Below, in pieces: positions 55,920 through 64,000 of a stretch of 64,000 nt of DNA. The position numbers were made by a program, and so were the translations under genes. The notes below the pieces were generated by a model. The model was not told the origin of the DNA. It worked only from the letters and a program-made list of their open reading frames with translations, and did not search any database. Positions within the stretch are counted from its first letter, which is position 1; each line of letters opens with the position of its first letter. This DNA comes from Candidatus Woesearchaeota archaeon (GTDB lineage: Archaea; Nanobdellota; Nanobdellia; SCGC-AAA011-G17; PNOQ01): the NCBI GenBank assembly GCA_964471565.1, contig CAYYFK010000001.1, forward strand, positions 36,692 to 100,691, given 5' to 3'.

Positions 55920-56975
55920 TTAAATACCTCCTTTGCTTTCGCATTTTGTTTCAATTTCAGATAATTCGCCAAAAGTTGGCAAAACAGACTGACTATTATC
56001 TATTTTAAACCTATTTAATTTTGACAGGACTAATTTTTCGCTTAGTTTTTCATAACAAGTAACTTCAATCAAAGTAATGCCTTTTTCAAAACAAATGTTT
56101 CTTTTTATTTTGTCTCTTAATTTTTGTCTTTCAAATTCTTCATAATTTTTCCAAAACATAGTACTACTAAACTCGAAATGTTGTCTTCCCTGATACTCAA
56201 AAGCCAATTTTAATCTAGGAATAAAAATATCTAACTCAAGTTTTACTCCTAAAGCAGCCCAATCATGAATTATTATTATTTCATTTGGAAATAAATTTCT
56301 AACATAAAGTAAAAGTTCCTGCTCCTTTCTAAAATTATTGCCAATAATAGGCAAACCTAATTTTAACCTTCTTTTATTCTCTTTATCTCTATTCCTCGCA
56401 CGATATTTTCTACTTAGCCCCCCATGGTATTCTCTATGTTTTTTTCTGTGTTCTACAAGCTTAGAATATGCATACTTTTTACTACATAATTTACATCTTT
56501 TGCCTCTAAAATTTTCCAAAACCGCCCCACAACCTAAACATTTGGGTTCTGGAAGTAAAGATTTTCTCAAAAGTTTAAGTTTATTATAATATTTTCTAGC
56601 TATCTCAGACTTTCTCTCTTTATTCCTTTCTCTCCATTTACGATCATTCTCTTTCTTGAGTTCCTTATTCTCTTCCCTCCATTTTTTATGTTTTAGCCTT
56701 AATCTCTCCTTATTTTTAAACTCCCAATCTTTTTTGTAGCTTTTTCTGTATTCTTCAACACAACCTTCACACACCACAGCATTTTTATTTAATTCAGTAA
56801 CATCTTTACTACAAACCCTGCAAAATCTAACCTTCATCAATCCCAAATTTTTAGCTTTTTTTACTATAGTATGAATAGGAAATTTTAATTGCTCAGATAA
56901 AATTTTATTTTTAAGAGTTGGATAGTTAATTTTTAAATATTCTATTTCTTTTTCTTTCCAGCTCATTAACATCAC
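55920..56975 (-). CDS. Multi-Zn-ribbon protein fused to a DUF559/Vsr-like PD-(D/E)xK endonuclease domain
   Basis: Four CxxC pairs separated by a K/R/E-rich coiled region. C-terminal LELDIFIPRLKLAFEYQGRQHFE (DUF559 core). True start probably an internal ATG with a GGAAGG RBS. Confidence 0.55.
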   Translation of the reverse strand: MMLMSWKEKEIEYLKINYPTLKNKILSEQLKFPIHTIVKKAKNLGLMKVRFCRVCSKDVTELNKNAVVCEGCVEEYRKSYKKDWEFKNKERLRLKHKKWREENKELKKENDRKWRERNKERKSEIARKYYNKLKLLRKSLLPEPKCLGCGAVLENFRGKRCKLCSKKYAYSKLVEHRKKHREYHGGLSRKYRARNRDKENKRRLKLGLPIIGNNFRKEQELLLYVRNLFPNEIIIIHDWAALGVKLELDIFIPRLKLAFEYQGRQHFEFSSTMFWKNYEEFERQKLRDKIKRNICFEKGITLIEVTCYEKLSEKLVLSKLNRFKIDNSQSVLPTFGELSEIETKCESKGGI

Positions 56976-56998
56976 CTTCCTTTCGGGTTTTTTTCATT

Positions 56999-57017
56999 CC
57001 CCATTCAAAAAATGGGG
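56999..57017. other. Perfect 7-bp inverted repeat hairpin (CCCCATT-caaaa-AATGGGG)
   Basis: Seen directly. Lies between the DUF457 gene 3' end and the nuclease gene start, next to a T7/A7 run. Confidence 0.5.
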
Positions 57018-57059
57018 AGGTGTTTAAGCTAGGGTAGTAGGACTTATTTATAAACTCTT

Positions 57060-57075
57060 TTGCCGTGCGTGGCAA
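57060..57075. other. GC-rich hairpin (TTGCC-gtgcgt-GGCAA) about 20 nt downstream of the DUF457 gene stop
   Basis: Seen directly. GC-rich against an AT-rich background. Confidence 0.45.
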
Positions 57076-57093
57076 GCTGGCAAGAAGAAAGAT

Positions 57094-57564
57094 TCAAAAC
57101 AACAAAAACCCAATCCCAACTAAAACAGCTATAAAAACAACCCACTCTAAAAATCCGCCAACTTTGATAAATCCATTAACTCGGGTCTTATTCAAAGGAA
57201 AAAAGAAATATAATCCCCTAGTACTTAACATATCAACAATCAAGTGACTCATATATCCTAAAAAGAAAGCTCCTGCCCATAGAGTCTTATCAAATACCAT
57301 AAATAAAAAGTAGATAAAAAATGGAAACCACACTGTATGCATAAACCCTCTATGTCCGAATAACAAATTCAATAACCAAGATAAAGGTTTAATCCTACTT
57401 CCCAATTTACTAAAAGGATGATCCAAATCTGCCAAAACAGCAGAAACAACACATATAGAAACAAAAAGAACCTTCTCACTTATATTAAAATACTCAATCA
57501 TGAATAGTCCAACCAAGAGACCAAAAGCCAGGTGGGTTTTGAACATCATATCAATAAAAAGCAA
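57094..57564 (-). CDS. Membrane-bound metal-dependent hydrolase (DUF457/YdjM-like)
   Basis: MFKTHLAFGLLVGL...ADLDHPFSKLG...GHRGFMHTVWFPF (His/Asp-rich TM protein). Confidence 0.6.
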   Translation of the reverse strand: MLFIDMMFKTHLAFGLLVGLFMIEYFNISEKVLFVSICVVSAVLADLDHPFSKLGSRIKPLSWLLNLLFGHRGFMHTVWFPFFIYFLFMVFDKTLWAGAFFLGYMSHLIVDMLSTRGLYFFFPLNKTRVNGFIKVGGFLEWVVFIAVLVGIGFLLF

Positions 57565-57580
57565 AGAGGTTATTTAAATA

Positions 57581-58116
57581 TTACTTTTCATAATGTTTCC
57601 TGTCTAACTCTCTAAATGCATCTTTAGAAGGTTCTGGAATTAATCTATAGTCTAATAAAGTCAATCCTCCTCTAGAAAAAGGGTTACAATTTTTAATAGA
57701 AACTATGACTCCATTATTAGTTTGAAAAGCATCATACAAATTTTCCAAAATATGCCCATATTCTCTACTTCTAACTCCAAAACTTTTATCATCCCACGCA
57801 GTAACAAAAGGAGTATTTTCATTTGGTTTAGTCAATCTCATTCTCAACAAAGCATTAAAACGATCCTTCTCTCCAGATATAAATTTATCATATAATAAAA
57901 TAGAACTTAGGTCTCTTCTCTTAAAAATCAAGTCTTCAGGAACAAGGGTATTTCTTCTATCTTCAAAACCATACTCTTTTCCTAACTCAATGCCAAATCT
58001 TCTTCTAACTCTTTAGTTCCTCTCTCATGCTGTCCAACAAAATCCCAACCCAAATTGATACCAATAACTTTTCCATACTCTACAACTACATCAGTATCAT
58101 GAGTAGCTCTCTTCAT
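57581..58116 (-). pseudogene. Frameshift-disrupted gene of unknown function (44-aa N-terminal piece 57982..58116 plus 116-aa ORF 57581..57931 in another frame)
   Basis: ATG at 58116 abuts the RPA stop. Frame 1 stops at 57982. A second frame is open from 58015 through 57581. The frames overlap 57982-58015 and differ by 1-2 nt. Confidence 0.5.
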
Positions 58117-58117
58117 A

Positions 58118-59095
58118 CTAAACTTCCTCCATCAACTCAACAGGATTCGCTTCTTTTATCTTTCTAGCTACAAACTCCAACCTGTTAAACATTTCATTGT
58201 TATTGACCTTCCCTTCAATGATTAGTTGTTTTCCTAGAGCCTCATTACGCCACTGGTCAAACAGTCCTAAAGAATAGTTTTCCATATTCTCTTGATTAAA
58301 AGAGAATAGTCCTTGAATAACATCTCCAAAGCCAACAACCCTTATATTTCCAGTGCCATCATCAAAAAAGAAATTTATCACTCCTCTCTTCTCGACATCA
58401 ACTTTCCCATGTTCCTTACAAGTACTGTCTTCCAAAACTTTCTTTCCACATTTAGTACAAACAGTAAAAAATCTTGGTTCAAATAGTTGAACAACTGTAC
58501 CATAAACTTCAACAAAATCTCCTGCTTTAATTTCTTCTATCTTTTTCCTGCCTAGCTTACTAGTTGTCTGAGAAACTTCTCCAACCTTCTCTCCTTTAGG
58601 ATTAACAATAATTTGTGAGCTATTACCCATATGAACCTCTACAAAGCCATTATTATCCCGAGAATAGCCATTTTTAATTTTAACAATATCATTAGCCTTA
58701 AACATATTTTTTTCAATTTCATTAATTATTGGTTCATCCCAAACTACAATTCTAATAGAGCCAGTTTCATCTCCAATTGTAAAATTAACAACTCTTCCAC
58801 TTCTTCCATTTTTATTAAAACTAACTACATCTCTAACTTCCATAACCTTTCCAACAATAGAAATTCCAGACATCCCTCGGGGAATCTCTTTCACTTTCAA
58901 ACTTTTTTCTGCAGAAACACTTTCAAATAATTTGACCCCTAACTGATTAGCAACTATATGTGCAGCGCCTTCCTTACTAATTAAATCAGACAACTGACTT
59001 ATTTTCTCATTAACTTTTTGTTCAATTTCTTCATTAGAAAGTCCCTTTTCCTCTTTTATTTTATCAATAATTTGATTATAACTGAATTTTAACAT
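58118..59095 (-). CDS. rpa: Replication protein A (OB-fold ssDNA-binding protein with C-terminal Zn ribbon)
   Basis: LISKEGAAHIVANQLGV (RPA N-terminal signature), OB-fold region, CTKCGKKVLEDSTCKEHG. Confidence 0.8.
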   Translation of the reverse strand: MLKFSYNQIIDKIKEEKGLSNEEIEQKVNEKISQLSDLISKEGAAHIVANQLGVKLFESVSAEKSLKVKEIPRGMSGISIVGKVMEVRDVVSFNKNGRSGRVVNFTIGDETGSIRIVVWDEPIINEIEKNMFKANDIVKIKNGYSRDNNGFVEVHMGNSSQIIVNPKGEKVGEVSQTTSKLGRKKIEEIKAGDFVEVYGTVVQLFEPRFFTVCTKCGKKVLEDSTCKEHGKVDVEKRGVINFFFDDGTGNIRVVGFGDVIQGLFSFNQENMENYSLGLFDQWRNEALGKQLIIEGKVNNNEMFNRLEFVARKIKEANPVELMEEV

Positions 59096-59814
59096 TTCAC
59101 CCCTTCCTCCCCAAAGTTTAGTTCTTCTTCAAAATCTATACCTATTTTTATAAGTATATCTTCTTCTAAACTTGGGGTAGTGAAGGATATTTTAAAAAGA
59201 TTGCCCTCTTTTTTATAACTAAAACCAGAAGATTCAGAATTCCAACAACTTTCTAAACTTCCACACTCATCTACTACTGATTTAATCTTATCAACTTTAC
59301 TTATAAACTTATCAAAATTGAAATCTTCAATAACATGATTTTCCTTAAATTCCTTGGTATATACTAAATTGTAGGTTTCCTCTTCAACTTGTTTAATAAT
59401 AGGAAAATTAGCTGAAACAACCAATCTATCTTCTTCTCTAGAAACATCATATCCTTCCCCTAAATCTGAAATAATTATGCTCTTCAACTTATCCCAATCA
59501 TTTGGGAAACACTCTATGTCTTTTTTCCACAATATGTACTCTCCAACAAAAACTGGATTTTCAAGACCTGCGTTATTCAATATTTTCATAACGGATTCCT
59601 CAGACTTTTCTTCTAATTGACTTTTCAAAAAATATTCTTCTTCATTAGCTAAAACATAATTTCTAATAACCTGTGTAGGAACCTCCCCAATTTCGAAGCT
59701 GTATTTCTGATTTTCAATTTTAAAAAGAATTGTAAGGGCCAAACTAACAGCAAGAATAGTAAAGATTAATACATATACCATTAATATTCCTCTTTTATTC
59801 ATGGACATCCCCAA
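59089..59814 (-). CDS. Pilin-like protein (class III-type N-terminus)
   Basis: MGMSMNKRG|ILMVYVLIFTILAVSLALTILF. Confidence 0.5.
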   Translation of the reverse strand: MGMSMNKRGILMVYVLIFTILAVSLALTILFKIENQKYSFEIGEVPTQVIRNYVLANEEEYFLKSQLEEKSEESVMKILNNAGLENPVFVGEYILWKKDIECFPNDWDKLKSIIISDLGEGYDVSREEDRLVVSANFPIIKQVEEETYNLVYTKEFKENHVIEDFNFDKFISKVDKIKSVVDECGSLESCWNSESSGFSYKKEGNLFKISFTTPSLEEDILIKIGIDFEEELNFGEEGVKC

Positions 59815-60365
59815 TCACCACCTATTTGGATATCATCTTCTACATAAAAATAAACATAGTCATCTTCATTTAATCTTTGGTATATCACTGGACCATCAAA
59901 AGTATACGGCGCAATAAAAAAACCATTATGCCAAGTAAATAATTTCATTTGCTGAACTGAATTCATATTACTCCACTTATCACCATTAGATAATCCAAAA
60001 ACAAATCCTCTTTTCTTTAATTTCCCATCTACATGGTAACAATATGTTATTTCATCCAAAAATCCCTGAACTTCTCCCTCAACTAAATCTTTATTTTCTC
60101 CATCAGCCATATAATCTTTTATCAAATCACTAATTAAAATATCTTCATCATCTAGCATTACTCCTGTATTCAAAAAATTAACAACATCTGGATAATAATT
60201 GTAATTTTTTACTTTATTATCTGCCTTAACAACACTTTCTATTTCGCCAGTATTTAAAGAACCAGTAAAGGCATAGATAGAATAGAATATCAATATTATA
60301 AAAATAAACATAATTGCCACTATATCTGACATTTCTATCTGTCCTCTTTTATTTTTTAAGATCAT
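59799..60365 (-). CDS. Type IV pilin-like protein (class III signal peptide)
   Basis: MILKNKRG|QIEMSDIVAIMFIFIILIF. Shares the IEMS motif with 13812..14342. Confidence 0.6.
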   Translation of the reverse strand: MILKNKRGQIEMSDIVAIMFIFIILIFYSIYAFTGSLNTGEIESVVKADNKVKNYNYYPDVVNFLNTGVMLDDEDILISDLIKDYMADGENKDLVEGEVQGFLDEITYCYHVDGKLKKRGFVFGLSNGDKWSNMNSVQQMKLFTWHNGFFIAPYTFDGPVIYQRLNEDDYVYFYVEDDIQIGGDWGCP

Positions 60366-60822
60366 TTACAACCTCAATCTCTAATATTCCATTTTTATTT
60401 TCAAATAAAACATAATGTTTAGAAAAACTGCAAAAATATCTTTCTCTTATATTTTTCATATTATTCAACAGACATTGACTTGTTAATTGTTTATTAATTT
60501 CCACTTCATCAACTAAATTTTTATCTAAATCAAATAATTTCAAATGCAACCCTAGTTTAGAATCTTCATCCAACCCAGTGCATTTTTTTATGTTTTCAAT
60601 ATCAAAATTATCTAAATTTATTTTACCAAACTCTTCAGAAGCAAGACAATCTTCAGAAAACAACAATCTAGAAACAACCAACTCATTTTCTATTTCCTCT
60701 ATTTCAAAATCTTGGATAAAATAAGCAGCAGCTCCAACCATAATCACTACAGCCACCAATAAAATAATAACTACATATACAATCATCTTTTGAGTCTCTT
60801 TACTTACTTGATATCCAGCCAT
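60349..60822 (-). CDS. Pilus-associated small membrane protein
   Basis: N-terminal TM KMIVYVVIILLVAVVIMVGAAAYF. Overlaps both neighbours. Confidence 0.45.
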   Translation of the reverse strand: MAGYQVSKETQKMIVYVVIILLVAVVIMVGAAAYFIQDFEIEEIENELVVSRLLFSEDCLASEEFGKINLDNFDIENIKKCTGLDEDSKLGLHLKLFDLDKNLVDEVEINKQLTSQCLLNNMKNIRERYFCSFSKHYVLFENKNGILEIEVVNDLKK

Positions 60823-61223
60823 GATGTATCTCCATAAACTAATAATTTATTATTTTTTAATTCAAATATTAACGGATCCAAACTAGAACTTATTGAGTCT
60901 CCTTTATCAACAAACTCATTATCCAAACAATAATATCCTTCGTAAAGATACTCTGAAGCTATGCTTCCAACCCTAACTTCACAATCACTTTTAGTCTCAA
61001 CTCTAAATTCCTTTTCAGTTTTTGAATAAGTGTATCTCAAATCTAAATCTCCTTCAGAAGTTAGAATAGAACTCTCAATAAGAGCGATATCTCTAGAAAT
61101 TAAATTTTGGTAAACTGCATTATTATTTCCTAAGTTAACTAATGCTGCAGCTATAATAAAAAACACTACAACTGACAATAAAGAATAACCTATCCATAAA
61201 TACAATCTATTCCCCTCTTCCAT
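60804..61223 (-). CDS. Pilus-associated small membrane protein
   Basis: N-terminal TM LWIGYSLLSVVVFFIIAAALVNL. Confidence 0.45.
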   Translation of the reverse strand: MEEGNRLYLWIGYSLLSVVVFFIIAAALVNLGNNNAVYQNLISRDIALIESSILTSEGDLDLRYTYSKTEKEFRVETKSDCEVRVGSIASEYLYEGYYCLDNEFVDKGDSISSSLDPLIFELKNNKLLVYGDTSWLDIK

Positions 61224-61252
61224 TGATCAATATTTAAAAATAGAGATTTATA

Positions 61253-61750
61253 TTAGTTTTGTTGAACAATATCAAAAGAAATCTTTCCTTCACTCTTTTC
61301 AACAGCTAATAAAAATCTTCCACTATTGCCTTCTTCAACATCTAAACTAGTAATCTTTTCAACTTTATTAAAAACAATATTTTCATCAAACAATCTAACC
61401 ATATCTTCAGAAACTAATTTTTCACACCCTTCATCAAAACACAAAGTGATACATGCGGCCATATAACACTCAGGAATATCAGATTCCTTATTATAGGCAT
61501 TTAAATATATTTCATCCCTATCAAAAGCATAAAAGGGCATTTCTTTTCTTTCACCTTCCTCAACATCATTAATCACATCTCCCAACTCTACTAAAGAAGC
61601 TTCTAAAAAATGAGCATCATCATTATCCATATCAGAAGTAAGAGTTCGAATAAAAGGTTCAACAATAAATATAATTCCAATAACAAGCACAGCACCAACC
61701 AAAAGCCCCATTAAAACACTAATGCTAAGTTTTGCTCCTCTTTTTTTCAT
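61253..61750 (-). CDS. Type IV pilin-like protein (class III signal peptide)
   Basis: MKKRG|AKLSISVLMGLLVGAVLVIGIIFIV. Confidence 0.55.
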   Translation of the reverse strand: MKKRGAKLSISVLMGLLVGAVLVIGIIFIVEPFIRTLTSDMDNDDAHFLEASLVELGDVINDVEEGERKEMPFYAFDRDEIYLNAYNKESDIPECYMAACITLCFDEGCEKLVSEDMVRLFDENIVFNKVEKITSLDVEEGNSGRFLLAVEKSEGKISFDIVQQN

Positions 61751-61919
61751 TTTAATTAACTAAATCAAAAAATCCCCCTAATTTTTCCATAAAAACATTC
61801 GCCTGTCCGCCAAATAAAAAGATCATAAATATTAAAATAAGCAAAGCTATCAAAAGATAAACTAAAGTATCAGTAGCCAAAGAAAATCCTTTTTTCATTT
61901 TAAAAAAAAATAAAAAAAA

Positions 61920-62279
61920 TTAAGACAGACATCCGCCTGCGCTTTCTATTGCTCCACATGTCACTAAATCTTGACATCTAGCATATTCGTCAACCTTTCC
62001 ATCACCAGTAGTATCCAACTCATAGTCGATTGTACAGAAATTTGTCTTAAATTTCTCTAATTCTGTAGTATCATAACTGCTACAAAATCCATTACATTCA
62101 ACTACTACTTCTTGAACAGGAAGTGCCCCTTTTTGCCATATGCCTTGGATTTTATCCTTAAAAGTTTCAAAACCTCCAGTAAAGAAGATTGCAACTATTA
62201 TCAAGACAAGTACAGCAAGGATTACAACTATGATTGTGTTTGTTGAAAGCTCTTGACCTCTTTTTTTCATAAACCTCAC
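61920..62279 (-). CDS. Type IV pilin-like protein (class III signal peptide)
   Basis: MRFMKKRG|QELSTNTIIVVILAVLVLIIVAIF. Closest to the canonical KRGQ|E pattern. C-terminal Cys pairs. Confidence 0.65.
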   Translation of the reverse strand: MRFMKKRGQELSTNTIIVVILAVLVLIIVAIFFTGGFETFKDKIQGIWQKGALPVQEVVVECNGFCSSYDTTELEKFKTNFCTIDYELDTTGDGKVDEYARCQDLVTCGAIESAGGCLS

Positions 62280-62322
62280 CTCTTACTAATTTTACTCTAA
62301 ATGGAATTTTTAAGTGTTTTGG

Positions 62323-62976
62323 TTAACATAGTGGCGAATCTTCTAGTGATTTAGCACTAGCTTTGTCCACAATACATATCGTATCTTCTGAGACCTTATA
62401 AAATAATAAGCTCAAATCAACCTCACTTTTAGTTTCCCCTAGAAGATCATTCATTGCAGCAAACTCAGACATTTTATCATATTCATTTAACTCAAAAAGA
62501 ACATAAGATTTTCTACCTTTTTGAATAGTTATTTTTTGATTTTTAAATCGATCTAAAATAGATGTTCCACCAAGTTTAGATGTATCTAAACAAGATTCTG
62601 AAACAAAAGTAATATCTTTAAAATTTCCCTTATCATTATCTAACAAACTAAAGGTAGTTCTTTGACCTTCTTGCTTAGTCTCAAGAAAAAAACCATTTGG
62701 TATATCAAATTTTTCTTTAGTACACCAACAACCAATTTCTTTAGAATCCAAACAAGAGTTATATTCTTGAATAAACGAGTCTTCAAAATATACAACGGCC
62801 TTGCTTCTTAATGTATCTTGATCTTGATTAAAGGAAAAAATTTTATTACTAAACTCATCAAAAAATTCTCCAACTTTAGAATCACTAGGGACTAGAAAAT
62901 TATAAAGGATAAATAAGCCAAATAAAACTAACAAAATCATCAAAGTTCCGTAGACCATAGGTTTCCAATCAGTCAT
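62323..62976 (-). CDS. Pilus-associated membrane protein
   Basis: N-terminal TM MVYGTLMILLVLFGLFILYNF. Confidence 0.45.
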   Translation of the reverse strand: MTDWKPMVYGTLMILLVLFGLFILYNFLVPSDSKVGEFFDEFSNKIFSFNQDQDTLRSKAVVYFEDSFIQEYNSCLDSKEIGCWCTKEKFDIPNGFFLETKQEGQRTTFSLLDNDKGNFKDITFVSESCLDTSKLGGTSILDRFKNQKITIQKGRKSYVLFELNEYDKMSEFAAMNDLLGETKSEVDLSLLFYKVSEDTICIVDKASAKSLEDSPLC

Positions 62977-63127
62977 TATCCTCCACCAAACCTCAAAAAG
63001 GATTTTAAACTATCTAAGATTTCCACCATTCTTTCTCTATTTGAAAAAACCATTATTAAAATAACAACTAAAAATGCTAAAACCAAAATCCAAGTATAAA
63101 TACTCTCCCAACCTAGCTGTCCTTTCT

Positions 63128-63973
63128 TCATTGTCCACATATTTCAATCACCTTATTTGAGTTTCCCACATACAAAGCACTAATATAATCAGTTTTCCTT
63201 CCTACCGCTTCCACTGTATATCCAATTAACATCCCAGAACCACACCCTATTACTGCTCCAGCAAGAGTTCCAACTCCAGGAGTACCAACAACAGAACCAA
63301 TAACAGACCCAGCTTTCCCACCAGCCAAACAACCACCAATAACAGTTGCAATCTCAGTTTTATCTATACTGCCGAAATCCTCCCAAAAATCTTTTCTCTT
63401 ATCCGCAAAGAAAACTACATAATTAGTTTCATCAGTTTTCAAATCAATACCACTAGAAAGAGGATCTATAACTTTACTATTCTCTTCTCCATAAATATAA
63501 GAATAAAATGTTTCGCCCAATATAGGAATCTCCGTATCTCTCAAATACCCATCAAAATTATTTATCTTGGGAATTTCCTTCTGAACTTTATCATTAAAAT
63601 CAATTCTAGAACAGATATGGCACCAATTATCTCCCTTTCCAAAATTCGTATCGCTTAAAAAATCTTTTTCCCCTTTACCAAACATATACCAACAAGAAAA
63701 CATTTCAGTAGCAATCTGTTCCTTTATAATTACTTCATTTTTACTATCTATAGAAAGGGCATTAGTTTCACATTTTAAATCGTCCAAAATGGGTTTACCA
63801 AGAATTTTTGATTTAGCTCTCAACAAAACACTAGTCTTACATGATTCTCTCAATGAAGCTTGTTTTCCCTCTTTTATAATCTCTGGGACTACCCAGAAAA
63901 TAATTCCAGCAACAACTAAAGTAATTATAATTCCAGCAATGATCCACTCCATCTTACCTCTCTTGTTAAACAA
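63128..63973 (-). CDS. Pilin-like protein with Gly-rich C-terminus
   Basis: MFNKRG|KMEWIIAGIIITLVVAGIIFWV. C-terminal GGCLAGGKAGSVIGSVVGTPGVGTLAGAVIGCGSG. Confidence 0.5.
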   Translation of the reverse strand: MFNKRGKMEWIIAGIIITLVVAGIIFWVVPEIIKEGKQASLRESCKTSVLLRAKSKILGKPILDDLKCETNALSIDSKNEVIIKEQIATEMFSCWYMFGKGEKDFLSDTNFGKGDNWCHICSRIDFNDKVQKEIPKINNFDGYLRDTEIPILGETFYSYIYGEENSKVIDPLSSGIDLKTDETNYVVFFADKRKDFWEDFGSIDKTEIATVIGGCLAGGKAGSVIGSVVGTPGVGTLAGAVIGCGSGMLIGYTVEAVGRKTDYISALYVGNSNKVIEICGQ

Positions 63974-64000
63974 TTTGATTCACCCGAGTTATCACAAAAA

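Noticed and set aside
57065-57247. Plus-strand 60-aa ORF
   Set aside because: It overlaps the 3' end of the minus-strand DUF457 gene and its hairpin-containing downstream region. It is basic and low-complexity with no start context.
57581-58116. Treating 57982..58116 (44 aa) and 57581..57931 (116 aa) as two independent small genes
   Set aside because: The upstream frame of the 116-aa ORF stays open for 28 more codons and overlaps the 44-aa frame. There is no RBS before the internal Met. A single disrupted gene is more parsimonious, though I have not proven it.
1-64000. Searched for rRNA genes, RNase P/SRP RNA, inteins in RadA/ValRS/PCNA, and integrases or transposases
   Set aside because: No rRNA-like conserved stretches or large GC-rich structured regions. 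Protein lengths are normal with no intein-sized insertions. No integrase, transposase or IS-like ORFs recognised.

Overview
AT-rich (roughly 30% GC) archaeal chromosomal segment with the gene content of a small-genome, DPANN-like lineage. Core information-processing genes are present throughout: PCNA, TFS, Rpo11, aRF1, a ValRS-like aaRS, the S19e-L39e-L31e cluster, Cbf5, Hjc, EndA, RNase Z, a Gins51-like gene, the L44e-S27e-aIF2alpha-Nop10 cluster, UDG, EF1B, thymidine kinase, RadA and RPA. There is one tRNA-Phe. I saw no rRNA, no CRISPR array and no metabolic operons. Between the housekeeping genes the window is dominated by cell-surface genes. (1) A co-directional ~15 kb minus-strand block (41321 down to 26686) is built around a 2514-aa beta-helix/LamG giant glycoprotein and contains two paralogue pairs. 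(2) Several secreted proteins carry lipobox-like motifs or a recurring CGDGxCD cysteine module. (3) Many proteins have class III (type IV pilin-like) signal peptides, including an 8-gene operon at 59-64 kb and a partial gene at the 5' edge, and a cognate A24-type prepilin peptidase lies at 52.6 kb. Other items: a stand-alone Cas4-like nuclease, a LAGLIDADG-like ORF beside tRNA-Phe, a multi-Zn-ribbon/DUF559 nuclease fusion in a RadA/RPA repair neighbourhood, a frameshift-disrupted gene, and four short genes missing from the ORF track (L39e, S27e, Nop10, a 53-aa histone-fold protein). All functional calls come from motif recognition by eye; none was checked against a database.
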